DNA of 64,000 bases from Eledone cirrhosa (lineage: Eukaryota). Every line of letters begins with the position of its first letter. Within the stretch, counting starts at the first letter, position 1. Below, piece by piece: positions 15,131-25,539 of the stretch. The stretch lies in contig OZ024743.1 in assembly GCA_964016885.1 (NCBI GenBank), forward strand, positions 202,120,001 to 202,184,000, written 5' to 3'. The position numbers were made by a program, and so were the translations under genes. The notes under the pieces are model-generated. The model searched no databases and was not told where the DNA came from. It saw only the letters and a list, made by a program, of their open reading frames with translations.

Positions 15131-16735
15131 TGTTTCTTTTTTAGCCACAGGGGCACAAAATAAGGGGACAAATACAAAGGGGGAAGTTTACATACAATAT
15201 AAACGTGTGAAATTTTATCACAAATGCAACTTAAAAATTAGTCGATTTTCCCCAATAGGGGGAGACAGTTCATATGGGTAACACATACCCACGAAAAAAT
15301 GTGCAACCCTCATCTCCAGGAGTACAAAGAGTTTGTACTTCTTTCCTCTCCTCCTCCCTTTCCTCAACCTACAGGCTGATATAGAGAGAAGGCCCATTCA
15401 CTCGTGCCATTCTCGCTACTTTCACCCACCTTTCATAAAACTTGCTGGGGTACAACCCCTCTCGCTCCATCCTGATTCTTCTTCCAAAGTGGTATTTGAA
15501 AAAAAGAATCAGTTGTTGGCCGGAGAGAAAGGTGTCTGACCTCAGCCCTTTCAACCTTCTCCACCATACAACCTTTTTCGCCATAGCTATCACATAAAGG
15601 AAAACCGCCTCTCCTTCTGTTTGAAGGTGAGTGGCGGTTTCATCATGACAATGGACTCAGTGGTCAACCGGATTGGTCCCACCCGCGACAATAGTCGTTC
15701 TACATAGCTCCACAGGTCGGTGACGCCCGGGCAGTGTATGAATGCGTGCGCAACGGTTTCTTAGTCTCGCACGTACCTCGGACAGATCTTTTTTGCAGGG
15801 TCCCTGCCCGGGCGCCCATGTCTGTAGAGCTTGTATCGAACTGGTAGAGCTCCTCGGTAGCACTGCCAGGCCAGGGACTTTAGGAAGTTGTCCATCGGTC
15901 TCGCGCGGAAGGTCCTACCGAACAGACTGGCCAGTTCGTCTTCCTCTACGCCCAGAGTTTCACCGAGCACGTCGTCGCACTTTCTGCGGATCAACAGTAA
16001 ACATTCAGGTGACCACTGCTTAAACAGTGGTAACATGAAGGCCGGCTACCCTCAACAGAAACGTTTATGTGTGAAATTCCATCCAGAGGCACACGTTGGG
16101 GTATTTTAGCTATCCGTTTTGTCCTCATTTAGACCAGAACTTCCATGCTTGTACCATTGAATTTGCCTCTGGAGGACTTTCCCACCGAAATGATGGTGTT
16201 TTCGTCGAAATCAATGAGGCCAGTTAGAATCCACCAGACATTTAAATTTGGTGCAATGTTCAAAATTTTTATTTTTTGAGTTCTTTTTCCCATATATGTG
16301 GGGAAAAAGGTGTAAAGGGGGGACACAATCGGCGATGCAGAATATTTTTGTGCTGTCAATTGGTCTTTCAACAACACCGAAATGCTCCCCAAAAATTTCC
16401 CTTTTTGGATGAAGGCAATATCCTTCATGGAATTCTTCAGAACAAGTTCAATATCGTTTTGGGATAACTGAACTGGTTTTTTCGACACATTTGAAACCGT
16501 CCTAAAAATTACTGTTCTTAGAACAATTTCTCTGCGTAACTGTTGAGGAGAAGTGATGCTGAAAGCACCACTCTCACCAAAAGTTACGTACTGTTTTGCA
16601 TTGCTTAACATTTCCCTAGCATTGAAAATGTCAAGGTATGTGAACAGTTCCGTCTTTTGGACGGTTTGAGCAAAAGAAATCTTTTCCTTGTTCGTGGAGT
16701 TGTTCGTGTTGATGTTGTTGTTGGTGGTGTTGTTA
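15131..16735 (-). mobile_element. Internally deleted L1/Tx1-like non-LTR retrotransposon
   Basis: ORF1-like region (ISFAQTV...CYHCLSSGHLNVYC zinc knuckle) runs directly into an ORF2 C-terminus (LAWQCYRGALPV..ICPRY..ETVAHAFIHCP..FYERW); 3' end at A-rich tail plus (TA)n. Confidence 0.75.
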
Positions 16736-16771
16736 AATATACACGGGTGTGTATGAATGTGTATAGAAGAT

Positions 16772-17164
16772 TATATTAATAAAAGGAATTCCAACTTTGT
16801 CTGATTTACTCGTTTTATTTACAATCCTTTAAAATTTATAATGTTATTAGAACGAAATAGTATGGTAGAATATTAAATGTTAAGTGTTAATTGAACAAAT
16901 ACTTTCATGCTTTCGCAATCCTCAAGTTCATAGTGTGTGATGACAGTCAAGTTTGCAATTTTCAACAGTTGAAAATTGCAAACATGACTGTCACCACACA
17001 TTATGAACCTGAAGAATGCGAAGGGCATGAAAGTACTTGTTCAATTAACACTTAACATTTAATATTCTACCATACTATTTCGTTCTAATGCCATTATAAA
17101 TTTTAAAGGATTGTAAATAAAACGAGTAAACAAGACAAAGTTGGAATTCCGTTTATTAATATAT
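16772..17164. repeat. ~195-bp-arm palindrome of a hammerhead-bearing repeat
   Basis: Symmetry centre gcaattttcaac-a-gttgaaaattgc at 16967; arms differ at scattered sites. Confidence 0.9.
17004..17043 (+). ncRNA. Minimal type I hammerhead
   Basis: tgaac-CTGAAGA-atgc-gaagg-gcat-GAAA-gtac-TT-gttca; decayed mirror at ~16891-16930. Confidence 0.78.
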
Positions 17165-17174
17165 ATATATATAT

Positions 17175-17430
17175 ATTGTTATACTTTGGGAGGGTCATGT
17201 TGCCAATAAGAAATAGACGCACCAGTTGCTTTCACTTCAATTTATTATAATAAATTTATAAATTTAGGAATTTATAAATTTCCGTTTGGTTGGTTGGTTC
17301 CACTACCAGATGGTTGTTTATATATTGTCAAAGTTCTTTCCTCACACATTCTGTGACCTCTTCAGTGACTGGGGATTCTATTCTTTGTTTTTGTGCCTCT
17401 CCTTTTTTCTGTCCTACGCCATTGCGTATG
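17175..17430 (-). mobile_element. Hammerhead-bearing repeat (hammerhead at 17327-17369)
   Basis: gtca-CTGAAGA-ggtcaca-gaatg-tgtgag-GAAA-gaac-TT-tgac; close copy at 42955-43200. Confidence 0.7.
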
Positions 17431-18109
17431 CTTGTGTATGTACGTATTTGTTTGCGTGTATGTATTTATTTATTTCTATTACTTCTGTATTGTAATTATT
17501 TACTTTGTTCTTAACTCTGTAGCGGAGATTCATTTGGTCTCCTAGTTAGAATTTTAGTCTACGATTTCTGCTATACCATTTACGTGGTTTTGTCTTTGCG
17601 TGCTATTGTTCTCCACGCTCCACATATGACTTATTATCTTCGTTTTTTCGTTCATTGCCAGAGAACGTCTCTATGAACCACCTAAGAGAACATTAGTCTA
17701 CGACCTCTTTTATACCTGAACGTGATTCTGTCTTTGCGCGTAATTGTTTTTCACCGCTCCTTTTAATGACGTATTATTCGTTTTTTCCTGTTCTTTGCCA
17801 GCGAACGTTTCCACGAACCAAAGTATCGTCTTCCTGTCTTCCTCCGGTTGCAACGGTTTTTGAAATATCCAGTTCTGCGTTTACAGATTAACTTTGTTAG
17901 TTTCAGAAGATCCCGTTAAGGATGAAAGCAGCGATTCATTGCTTAAACTTTAATCTGTTATTTTAATAAATATATATATATTAGAAAGTGAGGTTTTTTT
18001 TACAAAATGAAAAATAACCGAGGTGTCCTACACGAGTGAAAGTATAAAGAAAAAGAGATGAAATCGAAAATGCAACTGGAGTCTCCAGTTGCATTTTCGA
18101 TTTCATCTC

Positions 18110-18150
<41 letters not shown>

Positions 18151-18588
18151 TTATTTATTTATATAAATGGAAAAAATAAAATTTCATTTCTCACTCTTAG
18201 TACGGCTGATTTATAATACATATTTATACTTACATATATATATATATATATGATAATAATGATGGCTGCGCGTTGCAAATCGTGGTGCATATGAAAAAGT
18301 AAGTCCTTCATCAGTGACCATCCAACCGTCCCAGGCATTTCATCGCTTTAAGGGCCATATGCCTCAGGTTGGTGCGAACAACGGCTAAAAAAAGTCGTTG
18401 GGACACGTAAATAAAGGGGACGTTAGTGTAACAAACAAAATGGTTTAAGCAACGGAAAGTGAGAAGAAATAGAGAAGTCCCAGATCTCTATGAATATAAA
18501 CTCGGTGAAATCGTGAACAAGAGACAACAGACCATCAAACCTGGTTGAAATGTGAGCAAGGAAGGAATTTCGCACAAGTCTAACGGGG

Positions 18589-18644
18589 AGAAGAAGAAGA
18601 AGAAGAAGAAGAAGAAGAAGAAGAAGAAGAAGAAGAAGAAGAAG

Positions 18645-18676
<32 letters not shown>

Positions 18677-18712
18677 GTAGAAGAAGAAGAAGAAGAAGAA
18701 GAAGAAGAAGAA
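18589..18712 (+). repeat. (GAA)n microsatellite
   Basis: Direct reading; further (GAA)n tracts at 49496-49566 and 50860-50894. Confidence 0.97.
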
Positions 18713-19012
18713 GGGGTCTGGTCTACGAATTCGGTAAACATAAGTTTTGTGAAGTCGCAGACGAAAGAGAGAGAGAGAAAAAAATTCCATACCGGCTTGA
18801 CCAAGAACGCGCGAGAAAAGAATTACACACAGGTCAAACTTGAAGGAGGAGGAGGAAAGAGGAGGAGGAGAGGTAGTGACAGAGAATGAGTGAGTGAAAG
18901 TTGAGGAGGAGGCTAACAGAGAGAGAGACTGCTAGAAAGGGTAAAAGGTACAAAGAACGAAACAGACGCGTAGCAGCAGAAGAAAAATTATGTGTATATA
19001 TATATCTATATA

Positions 19013-19076
<64 letters not shown>

Positions 19077-19204
19077 TTATATATATATATATATATATAT
19101 ATGCATATATACATATATGTATAAATATATATATATGTATATATGTACATACATTTATATGTATATATGTATATACATATATATAAGAGAGATTAGGACT
19201 GGCT

Positions 19205-19465
19205 TTGTGCAGTGCCTTTGCTCACTATAAAAAGCTTCACGGCACAGGCATTGCTTTATATCTGGAGATCTCTCTGTACTTGTCGTCATATGGTACCATG
19301 CGCCCAGCAGTATGTGTCAATAATTGTCACAAGTGTAGTGTTTGTACCATAGTTTATAAGTCGCTGGCTGGACTAAAAAGTCACACTCGTTCAGCGCATC
19401 GGTAGGGGTTCTCCTACATGGATATATAGTAGTGGCCGTACTCGAAAACGAGTTGGCAGGCACCA
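19205..19465 (+). mobile_element. 3' end fragment of an RTE/BovB-like LINE
   Basis: Terminal C2H2 motif HKCSVCTIVYKSLAGLKSHTRSAHR* followed by a short UTR. Confidence 0.55.
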
Positions 19466-19476
19466 TATATATATAT

Positions 19477-20275
19477 ATAAATGTAAAAGAATGAAACGAA
19501 ATTTAATTTCTCACTATTAGTACGGCTGATACCTCAATATAAGTATGTATACGTATAAACATACATGTGTACAGACGTACAGTAGTATGTATATATATAC
19601 ATACATGCAAACATATATATATGTACGTATGGGTTTACCGAATATTTATTATAATGTTCGGTTTGTTTGTAAAAAACAGCCCGAATTACGCCGTTTTACG
19701 GGCTGTTTGTTTACAAACAAACCGAACATTATAATAAATGTTCGATAAACCCATACGTACATATATATATGTGTGCATGTATGTATATATACATACTACT
19801 GTGCGTCTCTGCACATATATGTATGTACGTACACCTACTTATATTTAGGTATCAGCCGTACTAAGAGTGAGAAAAGAAATTTCGTTCATTCTTTTCCATT
19901 TATCGTTTTAGGTACGCCCGGCCGACTGACTCACTCGATATGCAAATTAGGCTGCTCATCCGTTAATATGCATAAGCAAAGTATATACTTTCAAACGTTC
20001 AATCATCTGACAGAAAGCTATACGATGGTGACGATAGATAATAAGCTTGAAACTAGTACATCGTTTCCTGTGTCAGTGTTGAACAAAAAGGCGACGATGG
20101 ATGCCGAGGCACTGTACGGCGTAATTCGGGCTGTTTGATTACAAACAAACCGAACATTATAATAAATGTTCGGTAAAACCATACGTATATATATATATAT
20201 ATATATGTGTGCATGTATGTATATATATACATACTACTGTACGTCTGTACACATATATGTATGTACATATACATA

Positions 20276-20280
<5 letters not shown>
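19477..20280. mobile_element. 428-bp-unit retrozyme-like repeat, inverted plus tandem
   Basis: 19477-19693 is inverted relative to 19699-19900; cgggctgttt recurs at 19699 and 20127 (period 428); hammerhead at 20023-20063; fragment at 18163-18233. Confidence 0.75.
20023..20063 (+). ncRNA. Type I hammerhead with C3G core mutation
   Basis: cgatg-GTGACGA-tagataataagctt-GAAA-ctag-TA-catcg; flanked by gttcaa..ctgaca / tgtcag..ttgaac extension. Confidence 0.65.
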
Positions 20281-20350
<70 letters not shown>

Positions 20351-20363
20351 TTATGTACGTGTA

Positions 20364-20397
<34 letters not shown>

Positions 20398-20479
20398 ACG
20401 TACATACATATATATATATATATGTACGTATATATATATATATACACGTACATACATATACATATATATATATGTATAG

Positions 20480-20529
<50 letters not shown>

Positions 20530-20533
<4 letters not shown>

Positions 20534-20827
20534 GGCGTAGACATACAACACAACAGGAGGAACAATGAATATAACACCACTGACGATGTTGCAGATGTGC
20601 AACGAAAGATTTATGTAAACTATATATATATGTGTTTGTCTATATTGTATCTGTATTATTTTTGACCGCCGGTCAGTCAATGGCAACATTGAGGACCGAG
20701 TAAGTTAGATCGCAGATATATATATATAAAAGACAGCGAGAAGCGAAAACCAACCAAACAGTGAGTGTGTTCTGTTATTAATTCTGGCAATATTACGCAA
20801 ATATGACCCTCCCCAAATATAACAATA
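20530..20827 (+). mobile_element. Hammerhead-bearing repeat (copy of the 3112 family)
   Basis: CTGACGA-t-gttgca-gatg-tgcaac-GAAA at 20580-20607; ends ccctccccaaatataacaata then (TA)n. Confidence 0.6.
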
Positions 20828-20848
20828 TATATATATATATATACATAT

Positions 20849-20973
<125 letters not shown>

Positions 20974-20974
20974 C

Positions 20975-21200
20975 CAGAAGACGGCATATATATGTGTTTG
21001 GTATGTATATTTAATTTTGATAGTTTGTATAATTTTGTATAATTTTGTACATAGATCTGTTGAATATGCATGCCAATTCTAACACATATATATCCTAGAA
21101 ACGATCGTTAAATAATGAACTTTTTTTGTTTAATATAAGGAACTGTTTCATTGTTTTATTCATTATTTTTTTAATAATTTATTATTTTTTTAATATTTTA
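20975..21200 (+). mobile_element. Solo 3'-end fragment of the 56-64 kb Penelope family, truncated at the hammerhead core
   Basis: cagaagacggcatatatatgtg...tagaaacgatcgttaaataatgaac matches the reverse complement of 56141-56339. Confidence 0.85.
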
Positions 21201-21335
21201 TCTTGACTCTGTATTCCGTTTATCTTTCACCGAAAGTAATTTTTCATTGCATCTCTTCTTTCCATGATATCCGGATTACATTGAGTTCTTCATACGGATT
21301 GGACACTACCATAAACTCTTGGTAGATTTATCTAC

Positions 21336-21376
<41 letters not shown>

Positions 21377-21400
21377 TATATATATGTATAATATATATAT

Positions 21401-21489
<89 letters not shown>

Positions 21490-21491
<2 letters not shown>

Positions 21492-21660
21492 CGAAGGAAA
21501 TGTGGTAAGGAACCAGATTAACCATAACGCACCAAATACCCAATATTTACGGTAGTAGTGTGGGTAATAGGAACGAGTAGGACCTCCACCGCTAATTCTG
21601 GACCCAGAATTAGCCGTCGAAACGGCTTGAGCTCAGCCGTCGGGGTCCAACTCGTTCCTA
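21490..21660. repeat. Short fold-back repeat in (TA)n
   Basis: Homologous to 41590-41792; taggaacgag..ggacc / ggtcc..ctcgttccta arms. Confidence 0.7.
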
Positions 21661-21702
<42 letters not shown>

Positions 21703-21952
21703 TATATATATGTATATATGTATGTATTTATATATATATATACATATATTAACACATATATATATATATATATACATATAGATATTTGTATATATGTATA
21801 TACATATATATATGTATATGTATACATATATATATATATATGTATATACATATATACATATATACATATGTATATACATATATTCGTATATATATATATA
21901 TATATGTATAAATATATATATATGTATATATGTATATATATATGTATATATG

Positions 21953-21983
<31 letters not shown>

Positions 21984-22031
21984 TTAAATATATATATATA
22001 TATATATTATTAAAAATATATATATATATAT

Positions 22032-22126
22032 TCGTCAGATAAAATATATGATTTATATTGAGTGCTTTTAATCTATTGTAAAACTGTATTCATTGAGTAA
22101 TCAATGAACCATATTAATCTTTGGTT

Positions 22127-22193
<67 letters not shown>

Positions 22194-22355
22194 AAAAAAA
22201 TAGAGGTGTGACACACGAGTTGTGATATATTAGTACAAAGGAAAGAGAAAATGGTAACAAGTTTTTCCCAGTGAAATAATTAGGAATAAGTATTCCTAAT
22301 TAACTATTTTTCACTAGGAAAAATTTGCCACCATTTTCTTTTCCTTTTTACTAAC

Positions 22356-22401
<46 letters not shown>

Positions 22402-22546
22402 GTTAGTAAAAATGAAAAGTAAATGGTGGCAAAATAGTTTAATTAGGAATACTCATTCCTAATTATTTCACTGGGAAAAACTTGTTAGCATTTTCTTTTC
22501 CTTTGTACTAATATATCACAACTCGTGTGTCACACCTCTATTTTTT

Positions 22547-22629
<83 letters not shown>

Positions 22630-22814
22630 AACCAAAGATTAATATGGTTCATTGATTACTCAATGAATACAGTTTTACAATAGATTAAAAGCACTCAATA
22701 TAAATCATATATTTTATCTGACGAGGACGTACTGGAAAAAAACAGTACTTTCGAAATATATATAATAAAGCATATATTTTGATTATGTGAATATCTTCAT
22801 TTGTTCATATTTTT

Positions 22815-22820
<6 letters not shown>
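22032..22820. repeat. Nested palindrome with hammerhead
   Basis: 22032-22357 mirrors 22401-22724 around a central (TA)n; each inner half is itself a fold-back. Confidence 0.88.
22713..22769 (+). ncRNA. Type I hammerhead, intact
   Basis: tttat-CTGACGA-ggacgtactg-gaaaaaaa-cagtactttc-GAAA-tatata-TA-ataaa. Confidence 0.82.
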
Positions 22821-22853
<33 letters not shown>

Positions 22854-23111
22854 AGTATATATTTAGATTTATATATATATATATATAGCTTAGAGTTTAC
22901 ACTCAATGGGGTCATTTACAATCATTTCAGCTCTAAGAATCGCTAGGTACCAAGGCTTTTTGCCCATATGAATCTGTGAGTATTGACTTATTATTTTTTA
23001 GATCGTGCAGGCAAACTTTATGCTGTTGAATTAAGATATTTCATTCCAGCGATTTTATTAGTTAATTGCAACTAAAACATGTAAATGTTCATCAAATATA
23101 TATATATATAT

Positions 23112-23163
<52 letters not shown>

Positions 23164-24444
23164 GTGTGTGTGTGTCTGATGGTATCTAAGTTGTTTCCAT
23201 AGGCTGTAAGCCGTTTGAGCACTCTATGTTCTTACTGAACAGAGTATGATATAATATAAAACGAAAAATCAGTGATGCATCTGAACTCATATTTATTGTG
23301 TGTTACAATTGTTTCGCCGGCGGACAGCTCGAGACACGATCATTGTGTGGATCTATCTGATTCTGGATCCGCAGATTCGACGGAGACGTCTAATGATTTC
23401 GGAGCAAATTCTTTCACTGTGCTGTTACCGTCAAAAACATCCTCTTCGCGCGTCCGATTATTGGCTGCTGTTTTTCTACGTCATCATAATTCTGACCAAC
23501 AGGTATGATTCGGCTGACCATCAGCTGTTCCGTTTCTGCCACACTTCGATAAATTACTGCTGGGCTTGGTAGTTCACACGTCCACGCGCGCGTGCGCGCA
23601 CACACACATACACACAAACACACACAATCACATAAAATATAACATCCGTACGCATAGACACCCGCTATACACATACACTTAAGGAGAACATATAAACCTA
23701 TAAACATACGCATACACAGACGCCTGCCTAGATGCCCATATACATCAACACACACACACCACACACACATACAAACACAGGCGCGCACACATGCATACGC
23801 GTATATATACCCGTTTACACAAACACGTACAGGCATATACATACCCCTCCCCCACCCCTGCACACGCACATACACACACTAGTGTGTATGTGCGTGTGTT
23901 GGAGGAAAAAGGGAAAAAAGTTACGGGTGGGGGTGTCTATGTATATGTCTGTACGTGTTTGTGTATACGGGTATATATACGGTTGCATTAGCGGCAACTT
24001 GTGATTTTGTGTTTTCAAAATTTACCATCTTAAAATAAGAAAACTCTCTCGATGTCGACGTGTCTTTGACACTGACAAATACTATAATTTTACACGAATA
24101 CAATTGTTTGTTTTTTTCTTTATGTTATGTTATGAACCTGCCTACTTGCAATTTACTATAGTTCACATTTGAGAGAGTATTTTACCTAAAATTGATATAC
24201 TCGATTAAACTATTTGCCGTCTGACGGAGCTGACCATCGCCGAATCATTGGGTCAGTGTTAATGCTGATTTTATTTAATTATGTTTCATCTCTATACATA
24301 CTTAACATATGGTTCTTTTATAAAATTTCCCAATGGAATGTTATGTCTTGATTTGATTTTGCATCATATAAATATATACATATATATCAGATCCGAACAT
24401 GTTACTACCTCCGTCTCTCCTACTCTCCCAATCCCTTACTATTA

Positions 24445-25025
24445 TAAACAAATAGTGGCCCATGTGCTGGCGACCCCGCGACCCCGGCGGACAAAGTACA
24501 AGCGTTTCCCCAGACGATGTTGAGAGCGACGCGTAGGAAGCGCCATGCCAGCTCGCAAAGCTCATAGCTGCGGGGAGCTATCTCTATGCCGATGGTTGTG
24601 AGTAGAGAGGTAGTCCTAGGGGCAAGTACACCAGAAGTCTCCACTGCTACGGGCTAGACTGCAAAACTGTCGGAGAGTGACCGATATTTGGAGAGAAGCC
24701 CTCCTCGACCCAAATTGTAGCAGAACCTGTGTTAGTCGCAGACTGCACCAGTTTGTTGCCGCTGGAGAAAGTGTCGTTGTATGTGGGATCCCAGATGAGG
24801 CTTTTACCACCGCGGAACTCGAAGTTGCTCATGCCGTCTGGCCTTTTGCGATCCACTTTGTCCAGCCCCTCCGGCTCGACCTCGGGGGTGGGAGGGGGGA
24901 CCCTGCAGCATCCAAGCCATGCTTTATAATCTAGTTGAGAGCAGCATGGTGTGAAAGGCGGCCGGCAATGCAGCGATAGGACAGCAGTTGAAGGCCGAAA
25001 GAGTCTACAGAGGAGCAGCAGCGAC
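24445..25025 (-). mobile_element. CRE-like non-LTR retrotransposon 3' fragment (restriction-like endonuclease)
   Basis: EPEGLDKVDRKRPDG..GKSLIWDPTYNDT and ETSGVL..IGIEIA..LAWRFLRVALNIVWGNA. Confidence 0.75.
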
Positions 25026-25539
25026 ATATATATATATATATCAAATTAAAAAAAGACTCCCATTAATCCCGTATAATTTAATAAGCTCAAGGGATAGATT
25101 CTTTATGAGACAGTATATAGAGAAAAATACACAAAGAGGTATGTGTTCAATTATAGGAGATAGAATACCACCAGAGTGAAAATCATATTGTCTCCGAACA
25201 GAATGGAGAATACATATCAATTAAAAGAATAAATTAAAATGTACAGACCGTTCGTTTATAACTATATCACATGGACATCCTGTATGCATTTTTCACCACT
25301 GATAAAGTATAGAATCATACAGTTGACGGCTTATTGACAATCCGATCCACACTTCTCAAAACATATCACATAACTAGTATATGCACATGGTGGAAAGAGA
25401 AAACATGAAGGAGTTAGACAATATGATTTTCACTCTGGTGGTATTCTATCCCCTATAATTAAACACATACCTTTTGAGTATTTTTCTCTACATACTGTTT
25501 TATCTTAGTCTTCAAATTAATTATTATTATTATTATTGT

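Noticed and set aside
18400-18990. GA-rich region resembling a host promoter or 5' UTR
   Set aside because: Compositional impression only; no downstream exons identified
23272-23572. Higher-GC unique segment that could be a host exon
   Set aside because: Short frames, no recognisable domain, no convincing splice sites
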